Assembly: GCA_045629925.1 (NCBI GenBank)
Contig: JAZQSD010000091.1
Location: 547 to 64,546 of the forward strand
Length of the DNA stretch: 64,000 bases
DNA from: Eubacterium sp.
Lineage (GTDB): Bacteria > Bacillota > Clostridia > Lachnospirales > Lachnospiraceae
Reading direction: 5' to 3'
A program made the position numbers and the translations under genes. How positions within the stretch are numbered: position 1 is the first letter of the stretch; the number at the start of each line of letters is the position of its first letter. Below the pieces are notes generated by a model. It did no database searches, had not been told where the DNA came from, and saw only the letters and a program-made list of their open reading frames with translations. Below, one piece after another: positions 23,252-33,200 of this stretch.

Positions 23252-23914
23252 ATGGAAAGATATCTGCTACAGATCACCAACTGTCCTTTATTTGCAAACA
23301 TCGAAAAACAAAATATTTTGGCAATGCTAGACTGTATTCATGCCAAACTTTGTTTTTTTAAGAAAAACGAAACCATTTTGGCAGAGGGGGATGTGCCACG
23401 TTTTGTAGGCATTATCTTAAACGGCGGCGCTCAGATTGTGCGAGATGACTACTACGGCAATCGCAGCATTGTCGCCCAACTAGAATCCGGGCATGTATTT
23501 GGCGAATCTTTTGCCTGTGCAGAAGTCCCGCTCCTTCCCGTTAACGTTATTGCCACTGCAGACTCTGCTGTGCTGATGATGGATTGCCATCGCATCACAC
23601 AGTCTTGCTGCAATGCCTGCGCATTTCACAGCCAGCTTGTCTTTAATCTTATGAAGATGATGGCAGAAAAAAATCTGATGTTTAACGAGAAGCTTCAGAT
23701 TATCTCCAAAAGATCAACTCGAGAAAAGCTGATGGCATATCTGATGCTGCACGCCAAAAAGAAAAACAGCACCACCTTTACGATTCCATACAATCGTCAG
23801 GAACTAGCTGATTACCTTGAAGTTGAACGAAGCGGTCTGTCTGTGGAAATCAGCAAACTCTGCAAAGAAGGCCTGATTGAAGCCGACAAAAAGACATTCA
23901 AGATTTTAAAATAA
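23252..23914 (+). CDS. Crp/Fnr family transcriptional regulator (220 aa)
   Basis: VFGES, Cys cluster CCNAC..H, HTH RQELADYLEVERSGLS; GGAGG RBS. Confidence 0.92.
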   Translation: MERYLLQITNCPLFANIEKQNILAMLDCIHAKLCFFKKNETILAEGDVPRFVGIILNGGAQIVRDDYYGNRSIVAQLESGHVFGESFACAEVPLLPVNVIATADSAVLMMDCHRITQSCCNACAFHSQLVFNLMKMMAEKNLMFNEKLQIISKRSTREKLMAYLMLHAKKKNSTTFTIPYNRQELADYLEVERSGLSVEISKLCKEGLIEADKKTFKILK

Positions 23915-23927
23915 AAGGATTTCACCC

Positions 23928-24860
23928 ATGAAAAAAACGTTATTGTTTCTGTTGTCCATCCTGTGCGCCATGATTGTGGTTCTGTCCGGATGTTCCACTA
24001 CACAAACAGATACTGATTCCCAGGACACCTATACTTTCACCGACGATCTTGGGCGGGAAGTAGTTGTATCCTCCCACGACAGAGTAGGCATCGCTTCCGG
24101 CAGTTTTACAGAATGCTGGCTATTAGCCGGCGGCACCGTCGTCGCCACCACTCAGGATTCCATCAGTGAGCGCCACTTAGAATTACCACCTGACGTTGTT
24201 GACCTTGGTTCTGTAATGCGCCCTTCCGCAGAGATGATTCTTGCCTCTGACCTTGATCTTCTCATACTCTCTTCCAGCATGAAAAATCATCTGGCGCTGG
24301 CAGAGACTTTAGACAAGACGGACATCACTTATGCATATATGAATGTGGAAACCTTCCAGGATTATCTCTCCATGTTAAACATTTTCACAGACATCACTGG
24401 CCGCAAGGATCTTTATCAGAAAAATGGCTTGGACGTGAAGAAACAGATCAGCGACCTGATTGCATCTAATCAGCAAGCCCACGCACCAAAAGTACTTATC
24501 TTGCGTTCTTCCTCCACAAAAGTTACCGCCCGAAACAGTGAAACAACCGTGGGACAGATGCTAAAGGATCTGGGCTGCATCAACATTGCAGATCAGGAGA
24601 ACAACCTCCTTGAGGAGTTGAGCCTGGAGGTCATTGCCCAGGAAGATCCTGACTATATCTTTGTGATCTGTCACGGAGAACAGCCCGAAGCCGAAGCAAA
24701 CCTTTTGGCAACAATCAACGCCAACCCAATCTGGCAAAACTTAAAATCTGTTAAAAACAATCATTTATACTACCTGGAAAAAGAACTTTTCCACTATAAA
24801 CCAAACGCAAGATGGAGCGAAAGTTATGAAATATTGGCGGACATTCTCGCAAAAAATTAA
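23928..24860 (+). CDS. ABC transporter substrate-binding lipoprotein (iron-chelate/cobalamin type)
   Basis: LSGC lipobox, FTDDLGREV, DPDYIF, AVKNN-like motif. Confidence 0.88.
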   Translation: MKKTLLFLLSILCAMIVVLSGCSTTQTDTDSQDTYTFTDDLGREVVVSSHDRVGIASGSFTECWLLAGGTVVATTQDSISERHLELPPDVVDLGSVMRPSAEMILASDLDLLILSSSMKNHLALAETLDKTDITYAYMNVETFQDYLSMLNIFTDITGRKDLYQKNGLDVKKQISDLIASNQQAHAPKVLILRSSSTKVTARNSETTVGQMLKDLGCINIADQENNLLEELSLEVIAQEDPDYIFVICHGEQPEAEANLLATINANPIWQNLKSVKNNHLYYLEKELFHYKPNARWSESYEILADILAKN

Positions 24861-25815
24861 ACAGATACCTCCAATGCCACTGATACTGGCTAGTCTGGCA
24901 ATCCTTGTTTTGGCAGGGTTATGCGCCTTGTTCTTTGGTCCTGCCAACCTATCCTTCCACGACCTTTTAACAGGTCATGATATTATTCTGTACGTTCGTA
25001 TTCCCCGGATATTGGCAGCTATTTTTGCAGGCATGGGACTTGCCGGAGCCGGCGTCATCCTGCAGACACTTTTGGCCAATCCTTTGGCCGGTCCAAACAT
25101 TATCGGTGTCAATTCAGGCGCAGGCCTGTTCACCACGCTGTGCTGTCTTATTTTCCCACTGGTTCCTCATCTACAGCCTGTGGCAGCTTTTGCCGGCGCT
25201 CTGGCAGCGGTACTTCTCATCTATGCACTCTCCAGAAAAACCGGAGCTTCCAAAGTGGCCATCCTCCTTGCCGGAGTTGTTTTAAACAGTTTGTTTAATG
25301 CAGGCACCGAAGCTTTATACACTTTTTTCCCAGAGCTTGTTACCAATGTAACATCTTTCCGCACCGGCGGATTATCCTCTGTAAACACAAACATCCTGTG
25401 GCCTGCCATCCTTTTGATCCTGATTACAGTTTTCCTGGTTTGGGCAAAAGCAGATACTCTGGAAATCTTGTCACTGGGAGATGATGTGGCACACAACTTA
25501 GGATTATCCGTAAAGAAGCATCGTTTTCTTTTTCTGATCTGCGCAGCCTGCATGGCCGGTGGCGCAGTAAGCTTTGCCGGATTGATCGGATTTTTAGGCC
25601 TGATCATCCCACATGCACTGCGTTTGTTGATAGGCAGCGAAACCCGTTATCTGTTCCCTCTCTCTGTAATATGGGGTGGAATCTTCCTGGTTCTCTGCGA
25701 CACCTTTGCCCGTTGTGCATTCGCGCCATTTGAGCTATCCGTAGGCATCGTCCTATCCATCATCGGCGCTCCGGTATTCATCTGGATCCTTTTGAGCAAG
25801 AAACGTATGTTTTAA
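24826..25815 (+). CDS. FecCD/BtuC-family ABC permease
   Basis: RIPR, NPLAGPNIIGVNSGA and GFLGLIIPH motifs; start uncertain. Confidence 0.88.
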   Translation: MKYWRTFSQKIKQIPPMPLILASLAILVLAGLCALFFGPANLSFHDLLTGHDIILYVRIPRILAAIFAGMGLAGAGVILQTLLANPLAGPNIIGVNSGAGLFTTLCCLIFPLVPHLQPVAAFAGALAAVLLIYALSRKTGASKVAILLAGVVLNSLFNAGTEALYTFFPELVTNVTSFRTGGLSSVNTNILWPAILLILITVFLVWAKADTLEILSLGDDVAHNLGLSVKKHRFLFLICAACMAGGAVSFAGLIGFLGLIIPHALRLLIGSETRYLFPLSVIWGGIFLVLCDTFARCAFAPFELSVGIVLSIIGAPVFIWILLSKKRMF

Positions 25816-25825
25816 TGGAGGCTTT

Positions 25826-26587
25826 ATGCTTGAACTAAAAAATGTATCTGCCGGATACGGCAGCAAAACCGTTATAAAAAACATATCCCTTACCTTTGAA
25901 CCTGGGCGCATCTATGCCATATTAGGAAAAAATGGCTGTGGAAAAAGCACATTGCTAAAAACCTGCATCCAAATGCTCTCTGCTTCTCAGGGCGAGATCA
26001 TTCTGAACAATAAAAATATTTTGTCCTATTCACCTATTGAAAGGGCGCAAAATATATCTTATCTGTCCCAGCACAGAAACACGCCAAACATTACAGTTGA
26101 AAGGCTTTTGATCCATGGCCGCCATCCACACATGTCTCACCTAAAACAGCTTCGTCCAGATGACTTAAGCAAACTAGAAGAAGTTATGGAACGGATGGAA
26201 ATCACAGCTTTCCGTCATCACAGCTTATCTACTCTTTCTGGTGGCCAGCGACAGCGGGTGTACATTGCCATGTTGTTGGCCCAGGACACTCCAGTGATCC
26301 TTTTAGATGAACCAACCACTTACATGGATATCGAATATCAGATGGATTTTTTAAAACTTCTTCAGCAGCTTAAAGCTTCTGGCAAAACCATTCTCTTGGT
26401 TCTGCACGATCTGAATCAGGCTCTTCAGATTGCAGATCAGGTAGTATTGTTGGATAACGGACAGGTCTTTGCTACTGCATCACCAGAAGAACTTGTGGAA
26501 AACCAAGACTTAGAAAAGGTCTTTCACATCTCTGTGACTTCACAGACACTTAACAGTGAAACATTCTTTTATATAAGAAAAAAATAG
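25826..26587 (+). CDS. ABC transporter ATP-binding protein (FecE/BtuD type)
   Basis: GKNGCGKS, LSGGQRQR and LLDEPT motifs. Confidence 0.92.
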   Translation: MLELKNVSAGYGSKTVIKNISLTFEPGRIYAILGKNGCGKSTLLKTCIQMLSASQGEIILNNKNILSYSPIERAQNISYLSQHRNTPNITVERLLIHGRHPHMSHLKQLRPDDLSKLEEVMERMEITAFRHHSLSTLSGGQRQRVYIAMLLAQDTPVILLDEPTTYMDIEYQMDFLKLLQQLKASGKTILLVLHDLNQALQIADQVVLLDNGQVFATASPEELVENQDLEKVFHISVTSQTLNSETFFYIRKK

Positions 26588-26593
26588 ATTAAA

Positions 26594-26643
26594 AATGCCT
26601 CCGGAAGCAAATCGATAAAGTCGATCTACTTCCCGGAGGCATT
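26594..26643. terminator. Hairpin between convergent ABC ATPase and VOC genes
   Basis: AATGCCTCCGG/CCGGAGGCATT inverted repeat. Confidence 0.6.
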
Positions 26644-26646
26644 CTC

Positions 26647-27099
26647 TTATTTATCTTCCCATGGTGGGCACTGTGTTCCTGGCTGATCCCAGCCCCACTG
26701 TCCTCGGTGCTGGCACAATTCAATCTCTTCACCATCTGGTCCCCATACATGCACACCGCAGCAATGAGTGTCTGGATATCCGTTGCGGCCCTTTAACACT
26801 GTGGTAAACTCCAACGGCATTTTTACTGTGGCCCCTGCTGCCATCAATCTGTCATACTGATCCTGAATGTCGTCCACCTCAAAGGCAATGTGCTGCCATT
26901 TTCCATCAGACTTATCTACCGCTGGAACTTCCAACATCTCAAGAACACAGCCATTTCCAAGACTGAACATGCAAATATCTAACCCATCGATTGTAAATTC
27001 ATACAGCATTTTGGACCCTTCAAAAGCTTTGCTGTAAAACTCAATAGATCTCTTTAAATCAGTAACTGCTAAAAACACATGAAAATTTCTTGATGCCAT
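26647..27099 (-). CDS. VOC/glyoxalase family protein
   Basis: FHVFLAV.DL..S..FY, HIAFEVDDI and GPDGEEIEL motifs. Confidence 0.85.
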   Translation of the reverse strand: MASRNFHVFLAVTDLKRSIEFYSKAFEGSKMLYEFTIDGLDICMFSLGNGCVLEMLEVPAVDKSDGKWQHIAFEVDDIQDQYDRLMAAGATVKMPLEFTTVLKGRNGYPDTHCCGVHVWGPDGEEIELCQHRGQWGWDQPGTQCPPWEDK

Positions 27100-27119
27100 A
27101 ATATATCTCCTTCTGTTTT

Positions 27120-27851
27120 TTATAACTGAACCATCTCATCCTCGCCACAGAGCTTATAGCGTCTGCCGTCCAGAATCAGATAGGCCTCTCCATAGATTCG
27201 TTCTGTTCCGTCCATCGCCATCAGATAACTGCCATCCGTCAGGCAATAAAATTCATGACCGTAGCTGTCTCCGTATGTAATATCTTCGTACAAACGCTCG
27301 CCATCCAGCATCCAATCTTTCACCATCTGATAGTGTGGCAAAATATTTCGACTGGTAAGGCCCAGTCCTTTTACAAAACGCTGGTACGTCGGATCCACAG
27401 ACTCTCCCTCCATCTCCGGCTGGGCATATACCACATCCGCAGCATTCATAGTTCCTGCACTGATTCCAATAACAATACCTTCAAAATCTTTTATTTTCTT
27501 TCTAAGCTGGAGCTGTCTAAAAAATCTGTTCTGGGTTGGTACATGTCCACCGCCAAGGAAAATCACATCATAAATCATTAGCGCTTCTTTGGAGATATCC
27601 TGAGTTCTGTAATCCCACACATCCATACCGCCAACTGAGAATCCGCTTTTTGTCAGTGCATCTGTAAAAAAAGCTTTCATCTGATCATTCATATCATAAT
27701 CATCTGGCGTTGCGGCTATCATTAGACATTTGGATTCTTCTTTCCAAAATCTTTTCAAACGCTCTCTGAAATGATTCTTTGTATCAAGCCCTTTCACAGG
27801 ACGGCTGTTATCTAATGGTCCCGTGGGACTGCTGGTTAAAAACAATATCAT
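27120..27851 (-). CDS. Peptidase S51 (dipeptidase E)/class I glutamine amidotransferase-like protein
   Basis: IFLGGG, GISAG nucleophile and ILPHY motifs. Confidence 0.85.
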   Translation of the reverse strand: MILFLTSSPTGPLDNSRPVKGLDTKNHFRERLKRFWKEESKCLMIAATPDDYDMNDQMKAFFTDALTKSGFSVGGMDVWDYRTQDISKEALMIYDVIFLGGGHVPTQNRFFRQLQLRKKIKDFEGIVIGISAGTMNAADVVYAQPEMEGESVDPTYQRFVKGLGLTSRNILPHYQMVKDWMLDGERLYEDITYGDSYGHEFYCLTDGSYLMAMDGTERIYGEAYLILDGRRYKLCGEDEMVQL

Positions 27852-27925
27852 TTTTTACCTCTCTCATTTGTTTTTTATCCTTCATCGGGTTATAATAAAT
27901 CCACTATTGAATGAAGGAGTTCTCA

Positions 27926-28588
27926 ATGCAATTCATTATATCATTTTTAGAAGGGATTATCACGTTTATATCGCCTTGTTTATTGCCGATGATTCCAATT
28001 TATATCTCATACTTTGCCGGCGGTGGACAGCGAAGCACTAAGAAGACCCTCTCCTGCGCCGTTGGCTTTATTGCAGGATTTACTATCCTGTTTGTGGCTA
28101 TGGGTGCCTTGGCGGGTTCTGTTGGGCGGGCGTTAAGCGAATATTCTGTTATTGTAAATATTATTACCGGCGCCATCGTAATTCTTTTTGGGCTGAATTA
28201 TCTTGGCATCTTTAAAATGACTTTATTCCGTGGAAACCGTTTTTCGGTAGACACAAGCAACATGAGCTTTTTCTCAGCTCTTTTGTTCGGAATCATCTTT
28301 TCCATCGGATGGACTCCATGTGTAGGCGCATTCTTAGGCTCTGCCCTGATGCTTGCCTCACAGCAGGGACACGTGTTAGAAGGCATGGCCATGCTCCTTG
28401 TCTACTCTCTCGGTCTAGGAATCCCATTCCTGATCAGTTCTCTCATTGTGGACAAATTAAAATCTGCTTTTGACTGGATCAAAATGCACTACAATATCAT
28501 CAACAAGATATGTGGCATCTTCCTGGTTGTCATCGGCATACTGATGGCCACCGGACTTATGGGAAGATTCCTGGCATTGTTAAGTTAA
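27926..28588 (+). CDS. ccdA: Cytochrome c biogenesis/disulfide transporter CcdA
   Basis: SPCLLP and WTPCVG motifs; six TM helices. Confidence 0.9.
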   Translation: MQFIISFLEGIITFISPCLLPMIPIYISYFAGGGQRSTKKTLSCAVGFIAGFTILFVAMGALAGSVGRALSEYSVIVNIITGAIVILFGLNYLGIFKMTLFRGNRFSVDTSNMSFFSALLFGIIFSIGWTPCVGAFLGSALMLASQQGHVLEGMAMLLVYSLGLGIPFLISSLIVDKLKSAFDWIKMHYNIINKICGIFLVVIGILMATGLMGRFLALLS

Positions 28589-28600
28589 CAGGAGGAAACT

Positions 28601-29233
28601 ATGAAAAAGAAATCTACGCTTTTAATCATTATCATTGTTCTTGTGGCAGTGATTGCTGCTGCATCTTTTGCCTACAATAAACTCAGCGCAAACAACAGCG
28701 CGCAAAACATTATCGGCACTGGCGAAACCGTAGAAAACGAAACTCTGCCTCCTGACACAGAGGATACACCTAATCCAGAGGACACATCCAACAGCAGCAG
28801 TACGGCAGAAGAAGCACCTACAATCGACTTTGTTGTGGAAGACAGAGATGGCAATCTAGTTTTCTTATCCGATTTTCGTGGAAAACCTGTGGTTTTAAAC
28901 TTCTGGGCAAGCTGGTGTGGTCCTTGCAAGGCAGAAATGCCGGACTTTGAAGAAATGCACAAAGAATATGGCGACCAAATTCATTTTGTCATGGTCAATG
29001 CCACAGATGGTTCAAGAGAAACAGTGGAAACTGCTGCCAGCTTTATCGACGGACAAGGATATAGTTTCCCAATCTACTTTGACACTACCTTAAGTGCCTC
29101 TTACACCTTTGGGGCCAGCTCTCTTCCATCTTCTTTCTTTATCGATGCAGAAGGCAATGTAATCGCAAAAGCTATTGGCTCCATAAATAAAAACATCATA
29201 CAGCAAGGCATCGACATGATCTATGCCCCATAA
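28601..29233 (+). CDS. TlpA/ResA-family membrane-anchored thiol-disulfide reductase
   Basis: N-terminal TM; GKPVVLNFWASWCGPC..EMP. Confidence 0.9.
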   Translation: MKKKSTLLIIIIVLVAVIAAASFAYNKLSANNSAQNIIGTGETVENETLPPDTEDTPNPEDTSNSSSTAEEAPTIDFVVEDRDGNLVFLSDFRGKPVVLNFWASWCGPCKAEMPDFEEMHKEYGDQIHFVMVNATDGSRETVETAASFIDGQGYSFPIYFDTTLSASYTFGASSLPSSFFIDAEGNVIAKAIGSINKNIIQQGIDMIYAP

Positions 29234-29263
29234 TACAATTTAAAAATCAATTCAGACAAACAA

Positions 29264-29312
29264 AAAACTCTGCCGAACGGAAGCATTACCGCTAACCATC
29301 TGGCAGAGTTTT
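29264..29312. terminator. Bidirectional terminator between tlpA and pgi
   Basis: AAAACTCTGCC/GGCAGAGTTTT. Confidence 0.6.
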
Positions 29313-29321
29313 CTATATTCA

Positions 29322-30902
29322 CTAAATATTAAACAAATCACTAAACGCTTTTAATGCTCCATCTGTCTCGTGAGCAAGCACTCGTTTCGCAAGAACCTTT
29401 CCAAGCTGTACACCTTCCTGGTCGAAACTGTTTAAGTTCCACAGGAATCCCTGGAACATTACCTTGTTTTCGAAATGAGCAAGAAGTGCGCCCATAGTTC
29501 TTGGATTCAGCTGATCGCCAATGATAATGCTGGATGGGCGACCGCCTTCAAAGTTCTTATTACGATTTTCATCTGCTTTGCCGCATGCAAAAGCAACAAT
29601 CTGAGCTACCACGTTTGCACAAAGTTTCTGCTGGCTTGTGCTGTCCTGGATTACAACGTCATTTTCCATCTGATTATTCTTAAATCCAACAAACTGCAGA
29701 GGGATAATATCTGTTCCCTGATGAAGCAGCTGATAGAAGGAATGCTGTCCGTTTGTTCCTGGCTCTCCAAAAATAACCGGTCCTGTTACATAGTCAACTG
29801 GTTCTCCGTAGCGATTTACTGATTTTCCGTTTGACTCCATATCCAGCTGCTGTAAATGCGCAGGAAAACGGCTTAAGCCCTGAGAATATGGAAGTACCGC
29901 TGTTGTCTGATAACCGAGAACATTTCTTTCATATGCACCGATCATTGCATCCAGCATTGCTGCATTTTTTAACAGCTCTGGATTCTTTGCAGCTGCGTCT
30001 GCTTCTGCTGCACCGGCAAGAAACGCATCAAATACTTCTGGGCCAAACGCCAGTGACAGTACCGCGCCGCCAACTGCAGATGTGGAAGAATAACGACCAC
30101 CGATGTAATCATCCATAAAGAATGCTGCCAGATAACCTTCGTTCTTAGCCAGTGGAGATGTCTCACTTGTTACTGCAACCATATGTTTTGCTGGATCTAA
30201 ACCTGCTTTTTCCAAAGCATTTTTTACAAAAGATTCATTTGTAAGTGTTTCCAATGTTGTACCAGACTTAGAAACAAGAACAAACAGAGAATGTGCCACA
30301 TCAATGTTATGCAACACTGCTGCTGCATCATCTGGGTCAACGTTACTGATGAATTCTGCCTTCATCTTGAATGTGCCATTGACTTTTGCCCAGTTTTCCA
30401 TAGCAAGGTACATAGCACGTGGGCCTAAGTCACTGCCGCCGATACCAATCTGTACAACCGTGGTGAATCTTTCACCTGCTGCATTTGTAATCTCTCCAGC
30501 ATGAACTTTGTTTGCAAATTCTGTTACTTTCTTCTGCTGTTCTACATAAAAAGCTCTTTTGTCCACACCTTCTGCGATTACAGCATCACCAAGCTGTCCG
30601 CGTGTAAGGTGGTGAAGAACCAAACGTGTTTCTCCTGTATTGATCATTTCGCCGTTATAGAGCGCCTGGTACTTTTCTGCCAGCTGTGCTTCTTTTGCCA
30701 CTTTTGCAAGCACTGCTAATGTTGCGTCGTCTACAGCTTTTGCGCCGTAATTGTAGTCAAGCCCTGCTATCATTGGCACACTATAATTTTTTACACGGTC
30801 AGCACCCTGTTCGCCAGACAGTACACTGGCAAGATCAACTGGTGCAATATTCATAAATTCCTGATAGGAATCTAATTTGTCAAAATTAATCCAAGAGATC
30901 AT
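29322..30902 (-). CDS. pgi: Glucose-6-phosphate isomerase
   Basis: GIGGSDLG, SKSGTTLET, GGRYS, QQLDMESNGK and FDQEGVQLGK motifs. Confidence 0.96.
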   Translation of the reverse strand: MISWINFDKLDSYQEFMNIAPVDLASVLSGEQGADRVKNYSVPMIAGLDYNYGAKAVDDATLAVLAKVAKEAQLAEKYQALYNGEMINTGETRLVLHHLTRGQLGDAVIAEGVDKRAFYVEQQKKVTEFANKVHAGEITNAAGERFTTVVQIGIGGSDLGPRAMYLAMENWAKVNGTFKMKAEFISNVDPDDAAAVLHNIDVAHSLFVLVSKSGTTLETLTNESFVKNALEKAGLDPAKHMVAVTSETSPLAKNEGYLAAFFMDDYIGGRYSSTSAVGGAVLSLAFGPEVFDAFLAGAAEADAAAKNPELLKNAAMLDAMIGAYERNVLGYQTTAVLPYSQGLSRFPAHLQQLDMESNGKSVNRYGEPVDYVTGPVIFGEPGTNGQHSFYQLLHQGTDIIPLQFVGFKNNQMENDVVIQDSTSQQKLCANVVAQIVAFACGKADENRNKNFEGGRPSSIIIGDQLNPRTMGALLAHFENKVMFQGFLWNLNSFDQEGVQLGKVLAKRVLAHETDGALKAFSDLFNI

Positions 30903-30924
30903 TCTCTAATCCTCCTAATTCCCA

Positions 30925-32145
30925 CTATTCTGTAGCAAGCTTGATCAACAACTCTACAATCTTGCCCATATCATCCAGACAAGCATACTCAAATCTGCCG
31001 TGGAAGTTGGCACCGCCTGTGCAAAGATTTGGGCATGGCAAGCCTTTGTAAGAAAGCATCGCACCATCTGTACCTCCACGGATTGGACATACTTTTGGAA
31101 CGATTCCCAGATCTGTCATGGCTTTTTTTGCATTTTCAACCAAGAACATGAAATCCGGTTCAATCATTTCTCTCATATTATAGTAGGAGTCTTTGATCTC
31201 TGCAACAACAGTTCCTTCTCCGTATTTTTCATTTAATTTAGAAACAACGTCTGCCATCAGTGCTTTCTTTTCTTCGAAAAGGGTTCTGTCGTGATCACGG
31301 ATGATGTATGACATCTCTGCCTTCTCTGTGTCCGCCTTTATATCGCAAAGGTAGAAGAAACCTTCATAGCCTTCTGTATACTCTGGCTTCTGCATTGGTG
31401 GAAGCATGCTCTCTAATTCCATACCAACAAGCGCCGCATTGATCATCTTGTTTTTTGCAGATCCTGGATGAACACTTACACCGTGAATCTCAATCTCTAC
31501 AGACGCACCGTTAAAGCACTCAAACTCTAATTCGCCCAGTTCGCCCCCGTCAACTGTGTATGCCACATCTGCGCCAAAGCGCTCCATATCAAAATATGCC
31601 ACGCCAGAACCAATCTCTTCATCAGGAGTGAAGCTGACAACAATCTTGCCGTGTGGAATCTCTGGATGGGCAAGCAGATATTCTGCCATTGTCATGATCT
31701 CAGCAATGCCTGCTTTATCATCAGCACCCAGCAATGTAGTTCCATCTGTTGTGATCAGTGTTTTCCCTTTCAGATTCTTCAATTCTGGGAACTGCTTCAC
31801 ACTCATTACAGTGTCAGCATTCAACTGCAGATCTTCTCCGTTGTAATTCTCCCAAATCTGTGGTTTCACATCTTTGCCAGACACTGCAGGTGATGTATCC
31901 ATGTGTGCAACAAATCCAAGTACTTTGTCATTTGCTCCGCTGTCTGTAGCAGGAATCACACCATATACATAACAGTGTTCTTCGTCAAAATATACATCGG
32001 ATGCTCCGATATCTTTCAATTCCTGTGTAAGCAGTCTGCCCAAATCCTTTTGCTTCTCTGTACTTGGAGAAGCCCCTGTCTCTTCAGATGACTGAGTATC
32101 AATGGCAACGTATCTTAAAAATTTATCCAATACGATCTGTTTCAT
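30925..32145 (-). CDS. pepT: Peptidase T (tripeptidase)
   Basis: AHMDT, TLLGADDKAG, FTPDEEIG and IRGGTDG motifs. Confidence 0.95.
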   Translation of the reverse strand: MKQIVLDKFLRYVAIDTQSSEETGASPSTEKQKDLGRLLTQELKDIGASDVYFDEEHCYVYGVIPATDSGANDKVLGFVAHMDTSPAVSGKDVKPQIWENYNGEDLQLNADTVMSVKQFPELKNLKGKTLITTDGTTLLGADDKAGIAEIMTMAEYLLAHPEIPHGKIVVSFTPDEEIGSGVAYFDMERFGADVAYTVDGGELGELEFECFNGASVEIEIHGVSVHPGSAKNKMINAALVGMELESMLPPMQKPEYTEGYEGFFYLCDIKADTEKAEMSYIIRDHDRTLFEEKKALMADVVSKLNEKYGEGTVVAEIKDSYYNMREMIEPDFMFLVENAKKAMTDLGIVPKVCPIRGGTDGAMLSYKGLPCPNLCTGGANFHGRFEYACLDDMGKIVELLIKLATE

Positions 32146-33076
32146 TCTCTAATACCTCATTATTCTTGTTTGTTTTGCGCTTAATTGGAATCTGCACCAA
32201 CACAATCGCTGCAAACATTATAATACAACCAAGCAGTTCTCTTCCACTCATTCTTTCATGAAGCAGCAATGCACCTGCGATAACTGCGAATACGGACTCC
32301 AAACTCATAAGCAAAGAAGCTGTTGTTGGATTGGTAAACTTCTGGGCAACAATCTGTAATGTATAGCCCACACCACCAGATACGATACCACAGTATACAA
32401 TCGGAATCGCTGCAGATACCACTTTATCCCAAGTTGGAGTTTCTGCTCCGAATGCAATCACTCCGGAAATAACAGCCACTACCAAAAACTGAATGGCAGA
32501 AATCTTGATTGGATTACCTTTCTGCACAAAATAATCACAACACAGGATATGTCCTGAGAAAAGCACTGCGCAGATAAAAATTAACGTATCCCCTTTTGTC
32601 AGATTAAATCCATCCTGCACACACAAAAGATACATGCCCACGATACCGATCAGAACCGCAATCCACACCTGAGCTGTGTTTTTCTTCTTAAAAAGCACAA
32701 AGTTGATAATTGGAACAAGCAACATATACATAGCTGTAATAAATCCTGCTTTTCCTGCAGTAGTGTACACAATACCTATCTGCTGGAACAAACTTGCCGC
32801 CGCAAGAAAACAGCCACAGCAAATACCGCCAATGATAGTAAATTTCTTATATTTACGGCGTTCCTCTTCACTTCCGACCAAGCCTTTCTTTTTGGCTCTT
32901 ATATCAAGGATCCATGCCACTAATCCCACCGCGACTGCCGCCAACACCATACGGGCAGCATTGAATGTAATCGGCTCAATGGTATCCATACCCACTCTCT
33001 GAAAAACAAACGCTGTTCCCCAAATGATCGCTGTAAGCATCAGCAAAGAGTTGCCAAGCATTCCTTTATTTTTCAT
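32123..33076 (-). CDS. DMT/EamA family transporter
   Basis: IWGTAF, TTAGKAGFIT and SLESVF motifs; about 10 TM; start moved to MKNKG. Confidence 0.88.
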   Translation of the reverse strand: MKNKGMLGNSLLMLTAIIWGTAFVFQRVGMDTIEPITFNAARMVLAAVAVGLVAWILDIRAKKKGLVGSEEERRKYKKFTIIGGICCGCFLAAASLFQQIGIVYTTAGKAGFITAMYMLLVPIINFVLFKKKNTAQVWIAVLIGIVGMYLLCVQDGFNLTKGDTLIFICAVLFSGHILCCDYFVQKGNPIKISAIQFLVVAVISGVIAFGAETPTWDKVVSAAIPIVYCGIVSGGVGYTLQIVAQKFTNPTTASLLMSLESVFAVIAGALLLHERMSGRELLGCIIMFAAIVLVQIPIKRKTNKNNEVLENETDRIG

Positions 33077-33170
33077 GACCACCATCTCCTTTTTTCTCTG
33101 TTGTTTTCTACTTGTTCCCATTATATAATCTGTATATAGAAAAGTAAAACTAATGTTTTTAAACACAACT

Positions 33171-33185
33171 TTAAGTTTTACTTAA
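33171..33185. promoter_or_regulatory. Probable LysR binding site
   Basis: Palindrome TTAAG-TTTTA-CTTAA (T-N11-A) between divergent DMT and LysR genes. Confidence 0.55.
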
Positions 33186-33200
33186 AAGGGAGGCGTGTCA

